Source: Phycisphaerae bacterium (GTDB lineage Bacteria; Planctomycetota; Phycisphaerae; WQYP01). From it: 63,751 nucleotides of DNA. This document shows, one piece after another, positions 52,006-62,200 of the stretch. The stretch is taken from NCBI GenBank assembly GCA_049965755.1, contig JBMFVY010000004.1, positions 1-63,751 of the forward strand, written 5' to 3'. Under the pieces are notes generated by a model, which saw nothing but the letters and a program-made list of their open reading frames with translations, made no database searches and was not told the DNA's origin. How positions within the stretch are numbered: the stretch's first letter is position 1; every line of letters starts with the position of its first letter. The position numbers and the translations under genes were made by a program.

Positions 52006-52077
52006 CAAAGGAAAACTCCGCGGGTAGGATTCGAACCTACAACCAGTCGGTTAACAGCCGACTGCTCTACCATTGAG
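52006..52077 (-). tRNA. tRNA-Asn (anticodon GTT)
   Basis: The reverse complement folds as a cloverleaf: acceptor TCCGCGG/CCGCGGA, D arm GCTC-AATGGTA-GAGC, anticodon arm GTCGG-CTGTTAA-CCGAC, variable TGGTT, T arm GTAGG-TTCGAAT-CCTAC, discriminator G. No encoded CCA. Confidence 0.92.
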
Positions 52078-52187
52078 CTACCGCGGAAAGTAGCGTATTC
52101 AACCCATGCCATTTTGCGCCTCCGCCGCCTAATGTCAAGCCTCATCCCGGGCGGGATTAGGTGATAGCAAAAAAACCAGAAATTTAT

Positions 52188-52216
52188 TTGACATGTACCA
52201 ATTCGTAGATCATAAT
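52188..52216 (+). promoter_or_regulatory. strong sigma-70-like promoter upstream of the PEP-CTERM gene
   Basis: TTGACA (52188-52193), 17-nt spacer, CATAAT (52211-52216). An A/T-rich tract lies immediately upstream. Confidence 0.5.
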
Positions 52217-52229
52217 AATAACGTTTTAT

Positions 52230-52265
52230 GATCTGCCGGATAAAATATCGTAAATCCGGCAGATC
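52230..52265 (+). promoter_or_regulatory. perfect 11-bp inverted repeat at the predicted transcript start (operator or 5' leader stem-loop)
   Basis: GATCTGCCGGA-14 nt-TCCGGCAGATC. It begins ~14 nt downstream of the -10 hexamer and ~140 nt upstream of ATG 52406. Confidence 0.4.
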
Positions 52266-52405
52266 TGATATGTAATTACTTCGTGGAGGGGTTGGAGAGT
52301 CGATTCAACCGGCTTAATCAACCCGACAATTTGTTTCAGACATCTGCTGCACGGAGCATGTTGCGCCGCGCAGAGTCAGGTGAAGTATGCGTAGGGAGGA
52401 AAACT

Positions 52406-53296
52406 ATGCGCATTCATCGTTACGGTTCGGCTCAAACCAATTCCATGTTCAAACGCATTTCGACCGCCATCCTGCTGGCGGCAGCGGCAACGGCCCTATC
52501 GCACTCTACAGCGGCCCAAGCTGATACAACCTTGGGCTCGTTTACGCTTGCGAATTATTACACGCCGATAAGCCCGACGAATTCCAACCTTACTGATCCA
52601 CAGAATCCTCTCAGCGCTACGATCACTTTCACCTATCTGAATCCCGCAGCCGCCGGCGGCTACAACCTTGCGGTGCAGATCGCCAATACCTCAACGCCTG
52701 CATCAAGCAATGAAATGATTCGGGATGTTGTGTTTCAGGTTTCGGATAATGGAAGCCTGCTGACCGGCACGGGAAGTTCGACGGCGTACCTGGCAACCAA
52801 CGCCTATGAGGATGATGGCGGCAGCACACAGACGATAGCACCGGGCGGCAGCAGCTTAACTTACCCTTGGTCGATCGGTTCATCATCTTCGTATGCGAAC
52901 TCGTATGACCTGAGCAGCGACCACCTGAACAACGGGGCAAATCTTGATATGCTCGGCCCACCACTCACCCAATTAAACAACGCGAACAACTCGGTTGCCT
53001 CGGGTAATCTCGCGCCAGCTTTACTTCCATTCACCGGCAGCGTCGCAATGGCCAACAATACTAGCGTTACCTTCGATGTAAATATTCCCAACTTGGACAG
53101 TGCAGCGCAGATACAGAATGTTTACCTTGGTTACGGCATGACGAGTACCTTGGGCGGCTATGTCAATCTCGGCGGCTACGTCAATGTTCCGTCAAACGAT
53201 CCTATCGCCACACCGGAGCCGTCAGTCGGTCTTCTGGCCGGCTGGCTGGTGATCGGCATGGGACTGTTCGGAAGACGCCGAAGGATGAGGTTGTGA
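52406..53296 (+). CDS. PEP-CTERM sorting-domain secreted protein
   Basis: GGGAGG lies 6 nt before ATG 52406; the track ORF starts at 52283. Signal peptide ...ILLAAAATALSHSTAAQA. The C-terminus ATPEPSVGLLAGWLVIGMGLFGRRRRMRL matches PEP motif + TM helix + Arg cluster. Confidence 0.75.
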   Translation: MRIHRYGSAQTNSMFKRISTAILLAAAATALSHSTAAQADTTLGSFTLANYYTPISPTNSNLTDPQNPLSATITFTYLNPAAAGGYNLAVQIANTSTPASSNEMIRDVVFQVSDNGSLLTGTGSSTAYLATNAYEDDGGSTQTIAPGGSSLTYPWSIGSSSSYANSYDLSSDHLNNGANLDMLGPPLTQLNNANNSVASGNLAPALLPFTGSVAMANNTSVTFDVNIPNLDSAAQIQNVYLGYGMTSTLGGYVNLGGYVNVPSNDPIATPEPSVGLLAGWLVIGMGLFGRRRRMRL

Positions 53297-56200
53297 TAGC
53301 GGCCGGCGCCGATATCGCACCAGGACCTGGTGGTCGCGCTGATCATTGATCATGTGGATCACACCATCGGAGCTCGGCACGCCGTCGACGATCACTTGCC
53401 TGTCGGTCGAAGGCTCCATCGTGATGTGGTAAAAGGTTTCGCAGTAGCGGTAATGGAGCTTGAACGCCGGCCATTTCGCGGGGAGTCTGGGCTCGAACCA
53501 AAGCCGCTCTGCGGAAACTCGAATACCCATGAAGGTTTCCACCAGCAGGCGGTACATCCATCCGGCGGAACCGGTATACCATGTCCAGCCGCCGCGGCCG
53601 GGGCAGGAGGCCAGGGTGTAGACATCTGCCGCAACGACATACGGCTCGACACGATAGGTACTGATATCTTCCGCCGATGCGGCATGGTTGATGGGATTGA
53701 TCAGTTCGAAAAGATCCCATGCTTTTTCCACGTCTCCGGCAAGTGCAAAAGCCATGATGGCCCAGACGGCCGCGTGAGTGTATTGCCCCCCGTTTTCACG
53801 TACACCGGGCAGGTACCCGGCGATATAACCGGGGTCGTGCGTGGGGTGATCGAAGGGAGGATCGAATAATTTAATCAGACCCAGATCGCGATCAACGAGA
53901 TACTGTTCCACGGAACGCAGCGCCGACTGGCGCCGCTGCAAATCTCCGATTCCGGCGATGGTGGCCCAGCTTTGCGGCAGGCTGTCGATTTGACACTGGG
54001 CGTTGAGATGCGATCCGAGCGGTGTGCCATCATCGAAGAAGGCACGGGTATACCAATCACCATCCCAGGTGCTTTCCTCAATCGCCCGCGAGAGAGATGC
54101 GATGCGATCCCTACACCAGTGTTGCGTCGGCTCGTCACCTCTGACCTGCGCCACCTTGGCCATTTCGGCAAAGACAACACATTGAAAAAATGCCAGCCAG
54201 ACACTTTCCCCCCGCTCCTGCTCACCGACGAGATTCAAGCCGTCGTTCCAATCACCGCAACCAATAAGCGGCAACCCATGGGCCCCATCACGCATTCCAC
54301 GTCTCAAGGCCAGAATGGCATGTTCATAAAGGGTGGCAACCTTCGGGCTCGACTGTGGTGCGTCGTACCAAGATTCCGCATGCTCGGCAACGGGCGGGCC
54401 GGCGATGAACCCGACGCGTTCATCGAGAACACCGGTATCGCCGGTGAGTTGGACATATCGCGCAACGGCCAGCGGCAACCAGAGGAAATCGTCGGAAAAT
54501 TTGGTTCTCACCCCCCTGCCTGTGGGCGGATGCCACCAATGCTGTACATCCCCATCTTCAAACTGGCGTGATGCACAGGTGAGCAGATGTGCGCGGAGAA
54601 TCGGCGGGTCGGCCAATGCTGCGGCCATGGCGTCCTGCAATTGGTCGCGAAAGCCGAAGGCGCCGCCGGACTGGTAGTAACCGGAGCGGCCGAAGATTCT
54701 GGATGAAATGGTCTGATAGAGGAGCCAGCCATTGGCCAGCGCGTTAACAGCTCCATCAGGCGATTCAAGATAGATCGTTCCGAGTGTTCGTTTCCAATAC
54801 CACCAGACACCCTCAAGGGCCGTTTTTGCGGCAGCGACGGATTGGAAGCGATTGACAAGGGATTTAGCCTGAGCCTCGTCGGGTGCCGCACCCAGAATGA
54901 AGGTCAACTCGCGTTCCGACTGAGGTGAAAGCTGGATTTCGCACATAGTGGCGGCGCAGGGATCAAGGGCGGCTCCCAAACGGCCGAGCAATCGGGTAAA
55001 GCGCATGGCAGCTGGCGAGGAAACTGAACCGGACCGGCCGATAAACTCCGTACGATCGCCGGTAACACTGCGCCGTGGTTCGGATGTACCGGCAAAGGCA
55101 ACCCAATTTCCAAAGTCAAGGTTCCATGCATTTCGCGCCAGGATCGCACCGGATTTTACATCCATCTGCGTCCAGATATGCGGCGCGGTGCGCTGGGCTG
55201 ATTCGCCGAGCACCCATTGGGCGAAGTGGGCGACGGTAAGCCTGCGAGTTCGGTTACCGCGATTTTTCAATTTTATTAATATAAATTTAACCGGTTCGTC
55301 CATATGGCAGAAGACTTTCATTTCACAATCAATCTCCTGCGATGATGCTTCAAAAACGGTGTAACCAAAACCGTGGCGGGTGACTGAAACACCCGGCGCG
55401 CCGGCGGCGCCGACGGTCGGCGACCAGAATCGGCCGGTTTGATCATCGCGAATGTAGAGCGCTTCACCGGTGGGATCGGATACGGCGTCATTGAGCCACG
55501 GCGTCAGGCGATACTCGTGTGCGTTATCAACCCAGGTGTACATGCTGCCGCGTTCAGAAACGACGGTGCCGATGCGTCTGCCAGCGATGACATTACACCA
55601 CGGGGACGGTGGAAGGATATTGGGCCGCAACTGCATGACATATTCCCGCCCGTCGCGCGTAAAACCACCGATCCCGTTGAAATAACTCAAATCAGGACGC
55701 TGGCCGGGGGGCGGATCGACGTCTTTAACCCCTTGAAGAACCGGAACCAACGGCAGTGGGGTCATTGCGGCGTTGCCCGTGGCTTCACTTTGCTCAGCCA
55801 TCGTGCCGGCAACATCTGACATGCTGATCGTCGCAGCCGCCTGGAGAAGGCGGCGATCTTCTTCGGCGATCAGATCACTGCGGCGTATGAAAATCCCGCC
55901 CGGTTTATCGATCCACTGCGCCCCGGGGCCCGAGGCGGCTATGGAGGTTATCGCGTCGGAGAGATTCTGGCGATAATTGGAAGCATCCTGATTCCAGATG
56001 ACCAGATCGACCGAAAGCCCCTTTTGCCGCCAGTACGCATGTGCCTGAATCATCTGCCGCACCAGCGAAAGATTCTGTTCGCTGGTGACGCGAAGCAATA
56101 CGATCGGCAAATCGCCGGAGATTCCCATCGCCCAAAGTCCGGACTGTCCCCGGCGGTTGGCACGTATCAGATCGGCATTGCCTTTGAACCGCGAGCGGGG

Positions 56201-59200
56201 ATAGATCAATGCACCTGCGAGTTCGCTGAAGAGCTGAGCATCGCCGCTGCCGGCGCCGAGCTGGCGCAGCAGAATCTGGCCATGCGACCAGGCGAGTGAC
56301 AGCGTGCGGTCGGTAAAGCGGCGGTCTCGATATCGGCCCGCGAGATGGCGGCATGCTTCTTCTGAATCGGCGGCGCCGACGACAATTTCAAGTGTTATGG
56401 TCTGTTCCGGCGGGATTTTAACGGCACGTCGAATGGCGATGATCGGATCCAGCACGGTGCCGTCAATACCGGAGAGGCGGCCGGTATGACGCAGCGCCGC
56501 CGGATTGCTGATGGATCGACCGCGCCCGAGAAATACATGGCGATCGGTCTGTGCTGAAAATGGGAGCGAATCATCATCGCGCACAAAAAAGCTCTGAAAC
56601 ATCCAGTTGGTCGGTGCACTGGCACGTCGGGGACGCCGCGAAGCAAAGACGGTTTTCATATCTTCCGCGATCTGTGTTTTGACGAACAAGTTTTCAAATG
56701 CCCGGTGGGCCAGATCAGCGGCGTGCGGTGCGAGTACCACCTCCATATAGGTGGTGAGTTCCAGCGATACGGCCTTTCTGCCGCGGTTTGTTATGGTGAT
56801 GCGCCGCAACTCGACATCATCTTCGGGAGAGACGGCGACATGCATGGTCTGTTCAAGCGAACCGTCGCGCCGCTGATACTCCGCCTTGCCCTCCGAAAAT
56901 GTGGCGGAATACATTTTCGGATTGCTGTTGATCGGCTGGTAGGGCAGAGTCCAGAGTTGGCCGGACTCAACATCCTTGACATAACAGAATAATCCCCAGT
57001 GATCTTCCGTGCTGTCGGCTCGCCAGCGGCTTAGCGCCAGGCCGTTCCAGATAGCTCGCCCACCCCCGCCGGCGGTCATCATGAGTTGATAACGTCCGTT
57101 GGAAAAAAGCTGCACCTGCGGTTCCGCGGGCAATGGAGTGGAAAAACTCCGCCATGCCGGCACCTCGCTGGCAACAGGTGTGCGAGCCTGCGCCACCTCC
57201 GTGGAGTGCGGAAATACAGGCTCGATACGCGGTGTGCGCTCCTGCAGCAGCAGTTCTCCCGATTTGAAGAGCGGATCGGCCGAAAATCTTTTCTGCATGG
57301 GGTGATCAAGTGTGCATGCCTCAAGCGACAGAAGCCCCATCCCGATATGGTGCGCCATGAAGGAGCGAATGATCTCAGGCCGACCGGGCTCCGGTATCCG
57401 ATCGGGGGTATAGTCGATGGCTTCAAAAAGTCCGCAGCGCCCCGCCGCCCCCATTTGAGCCAGGCGGCGGAGATTTACCACTGCGGCAACAGGATTCACC
57501 AGCATGGCCAGCATGGTGGCATATGGAGCAATGACCACATCCTCGGAAAGGCGGCGGCGGTATCCAAGGCCCGGTACACCGAAGGCCTTGTACTGATAAT
57601 TCATCTGGGCATCCGTCAGGTTGTAGCCTGATTCAGAGACGCCCCAGGGAATGGATCGATCGCGGCCGTAATCGATATTGCGTTCAACCGCCGCATGCAT
57701 ACTCTGGTGCAGAAGAGTCTGCGGATAGCTGGGCATGACGATGAGCGGCATGAGATATTCAAACATGGATCCGCTCCAGGAGAGCAGTGCCGCTTTGCCG
57801 CCGACCGAGGTCAACTGACGCCCCAGCGCAAACCAGTGTTCACGTGGAAGTTGTCCCGATACAATCGCGACGTAACTTGCCAGGCGGGCCTCGGACGCGA
57901 GGAGATCATAATAACCGTCATCCGCCTTATTCTGATCTATATTAAATCCGATGGTCATCAGCTTGCGGGTGGGGTTATACAGGAATCGGAAGTCCATATC
58001 GGCCAGATGACTGCACTGACCGCAGAGCCGATCAATCAGGCTCATCCGGGACCTGACCGCGTTGTACGCCTTATTGGCTGCGGCACTGATGAGCTGATAT
58101 CGGTCCCGCGACGTATCATCGTTGCAGTGATCCATGAGATTTTGCAACTCGGAGGTGATGGCGCCCAATTGCGAATGCATGTCCTGCAGGCTGCTACGCG
58201 GCGAAATGGATTCCAGACGCACCACGGCGGGCAGCGAGTCCGGGGGCAGCGCAGCCTTGAGAGTCTCCAGTTGTTCCGGCGCCCACGCCAGCCAAGGCAT
58301 CAGTTCACACATCTCATCCGCTGCATCATGGATCAGGGCCTGCGCTGCGGTGGCGTACCAGGACGCATCGGCATCTGCAGTTACCGCTGAAACCGACTTT
58401 TGGAGAGAATCAACGGACTGCCGCAACACTTTCACCGCCCGCCATATGGCGGCAGCGTTGGTCGGACTGACGTGATTGGCGGCACTGATCCAGTCGTCGA
58501 TCTCATCAAGAGCGCTGAACACCGCGCTTTTGCCGGACGCATCGGATATTTTTATTATTTCAACCGCTTCGCGGAGTGCGTCGAGTGTATCTTGAAGTCC
58601 GTTAAAGCCTTCGGGCGATTGAATCGGCTCGCGCAGGATGCCTATCAAACCGGATCGGAGTACGAACAGATGTCCGGCCAGGTTTCCGCTGTCGACGGTT
58701 GACACGTAGCGCGGATGAAGCGGCTCCAACGATTGGGTGTCATACCAGTTCAGGAAATGCCCGCGATAACGGGTAAGCTTTTCCAGCGTGTCAAAGGTGC
58801 GAGCGGTGCGATCGAGCATTTTTCGCTGCGTGATCCAACCAAAGTCAAATGCAGCGAGATTTGCCAGCAGGGCCAGGCCGATATTGGTCGGGCTGGTTCT
58901 GGGTGCGACGGTTAATTGCGGAATCTCCTGAACATTGTCAGGGGGGAGAAAATGGGTCTTTTCATCCACAAACTCTTCAAAGTAACGCCACGTCTTGCGG
59001 GCCATCGTCCGGAGAAATTTGATATCCGCGGATGATAATGGAGGTGTCTGCTCCCGAATGGGCCGGGAAAGTAACCAGGCAATAAATGGAGCCGTCAACC
59101 AGATCAGGATCAGCGGTAGTGCAGCCGGAATCGTACCGGGCCGCTCCGAGACGACAAGTACCGCAGCCGCCATGGCAAAGAGAATTGCACCGCTGAATGC

Positions 59201-62200
59201 CCGCAGAAACGGGGCCAGATCGGTCGATCCGGTTTTCAGCACGTGTCGACTTGTCTGCCACTGAAGGCGATGATGGCCGGAAATCAGAAGCCGGTAAAGG
59301 CTGCGCGCAATCGCATCAAGATTGGTGAGCGCCTCGACCGGGAGCATCATGAGTCCGACTGCGGATTGACCCAGAATTTTTAACAACCGCCATGCGGAAT
59401 CGTGCAGGTGCATTCCCCAGGTAACGCTCTTGCCTTTGGTGATGGCGGAAAATACCCCGGCCAGAATTGTGGGGGCAATGACCAGAGCCACCAGCCAAAG
59501 CGTCGCCCCAGACGGATCTGTGGTAAGGGTCCAGGCGATCAGGAACATGGCAAGAGTGGCAGCCGGTACCAGACTGCGCCGAAGATTATCGAAGAGTTTC
59601 CATCGGGCCAGCGCATTTACCCGGACGAGGGTCTTCCCCGCGACCCCCGCAGGCATAAAGCCCACCACCCACGGCAAAAGTTGCCAGTCACCTCGCACCC
59701 AGCGGTGGCGGCGTCGAAGTTCGGCCAGAATGGTGGGCGGATGATCTTCCAGCACCATGATATCGCTGACCAACCCCGCACGCGTCAACGAACCTTCAAG
59801 CAGGTCGTGGCTCAGGACGATATTTTCCGGTACTCGCCCGGCCAGAAGTTTGTGGAATGATTCCACATCAATAATTCCCTTGCCGATGAACGATCCTTCG
59901 CCGAATAAATCCTGATAAACATCAGAGACGGCGCGCGTGTAGGGGTCAATTCCCGGTTCGCCGCTGAAGAGTCGGGCGAAAAGCGATTCGCGGGAGGACG
60001 TAAGGGTTGTGCTGACTCGCGGTTGAAGGATGGTGTATCCCCGGATTACCCTGCGACGGCGCGGATCATAGATGGGCCGGTTGAGGAGATGGGAGGCAGT
60101 ACCGATCATTTCAGCGGCGGTACCGCTGGGAAGTTGTGTATCCGCATCGAGTGTAAGGATGAACTTCCATTGAGCCATGCGATCAGCAGCCGCGATTACC
60201 TTGACGAACGCATCAGCATTTTTCTCAACGATGAGGTTTATGAAGTCCTCAAGCTTTCCACGCTTACGCTCCCGCCCCATCCAAACATTTTCCGATGCAT
60301 TCCATGTCCGCGGCCGGTGGAAGAGGCAGAACGGCTGATCATCCGGGCGACCGTAGCGACGATTGAGCGTATCGATTTTTTCGATCATCTGCCCGAGGAG
60401 TTTGTCATCGTCCGGATGAGTCTCTTGGGTGTGGTCGACAAAATCGGATAGGACGGCAAAGGAAAGATGCGGATCCCGATTGGCCAGATATTTGATCTCC
60501 AATGATTCCGCGAGTTCGGCAATTTCTGCCGCGTCGGTAATAAGACACGGTATGACCACACACGTGCTGTGCTGCGGATCAATTCCCGATTCGTAATCAA
60601 GACGCGGAAGGATTTTCGGACTGATGACCCGGGTATAGAAATAGTTGGAGACGGAAACGGCACATTGCCCCGCGACCATCGCCATCGCCGCCGACACGGC
60701 AACGGCGGCCCCGATCGGCAGGGACATCATAAATCCAACCCACCACGCCGCTGTGATCGCCGCTGCGATGACGACCACGGGAAGAAGATAAAAGAACAGC
60801 GCGGCGCGTCGGGCAATCCGGCTCAGCAACTCAGAAACGCGGGGGCGAAGGCGCAGTCTGCGTTCAAGCTGCCGAAGGCCGTCATCAAGCAGATACCAGC
60901 CGACGTGAGATTGAACCATGCCCATGAGAGTGTCCGCGTTACTGCTGCGCGCCATCTCGATCACGGCCTCGGCCACCCGGTGCTCGGCTATTGATGCTCG
61001 CCGGGCGAGTTGCTCCACCATATGGCGGGCCCGATCGCGCGTGGCGAAGTCGCATTTGGCATAAATTTGGGCGGGGTCCTGCCGCAGAACATGCTCAACC
61101 ATGCTGTGGCGTTCAACAAATTTCCCCCAGTCGGTGGCATCCAGAAACCGGAAACTGGCAAAGCAATTGCCCATGGATACCTGATCAGCGGCCTGGCGCT
61201 GGCTTTCCAAGACGACCATACGTTCAGGGGTTTCACTTTTACGTGCCAGCGATTGCGACATCCATTCGAGCACCACATGCAGCGATGCATGCTGGCCATG
61301 AAGGCGCCGCATGAATTCAGCAACAAACGCACTCTCCAGCGGCGGCTGCGATTCGACCAGCCCTGAGAGGGTGACAATCACCTGATCCGGTCCCGCCTCG
61401 GCGGCTGCAATGAGGCGATCGGCCCATATATTGGCAAGATTTCGCTCCTTGCGGGCGTCATAGATCATGCCGGAAACCCGGCGCAGATTTTCAATTAAAC
61501 CGACTCGCAACATGATCGGCGCGGCCCAGAGTTCACCGAGGCTCAGCGCCGAGGCTTGCTGATATGAGAAAATAAAACGATCCAGCGCTTCGATGTCCAC
61601 CCGACCGTCAAGATGGCTGATCAATTTGAGCATCATGTCGAAGATGCGCGGGACGGGTGGATCACCATTGATATGGGGTAACTGCCTGCAGTAACGGCGT
61701 GGAAAATGCTCTTTGATGAGATGCAACTGTTCCTGCACGACGTAAAAATTGTCAATCAGCCATTCTGATGCCGGCGATATGGCTTGATGACGCGCCGCCG
61801 CATCGGTGATGAGATCGTGGGTGCGTGTAATAACATTTTCATTTTCATGCACGCGCAGCAGCAATCGGTCGGACGATGAGCCGTCCGCAACGGAATGATT
61901 CTGCCCCATCTTAAAGGCGAGATCTCCGAGTTGTTCGATGGCCAGCAGTGGCAGGCGAAGGGGCTCTTCGCGCAATTCCGCTGATTTTTCGCGGTTTAGA
62001 AACCACTTCCAACGGCTCGATTGAAATTCGGTTTTCGTAGTCTCCAACTTAAGCCACCTTCCATGGGAGTCTGGCGCTGCGATGGTCTCCTTGCAGGAAG
62101 CCAACGGGACAATGAACACAAAGCAGCCTATCGGTACCAGTTTATTTTTTGCCCGCCCGGCCGGTGTTGTCAAACGGTGGTCGCCGGAATCCGACTGACC

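Noticed and set aside
52100-52128. Minus-strand TTGACA (52123-52128) upstream of tRNA-Asn as its promoter
   Set aside because: The hexamer at the proper 17-nt spacing is AAAATG, a poor -10, so I cannot support the call.
53330-61366. Many 100-230-aa plus-strand ORFs (e.g. 53330..53869, 53972..54571, 57086..57631, 57695..58390)
   Set aside because: All are antisense to the single continuous 3036-codon cgs-like frame. They are Arg/Gly/Pro-rich shadow frames with no recognisable domains.
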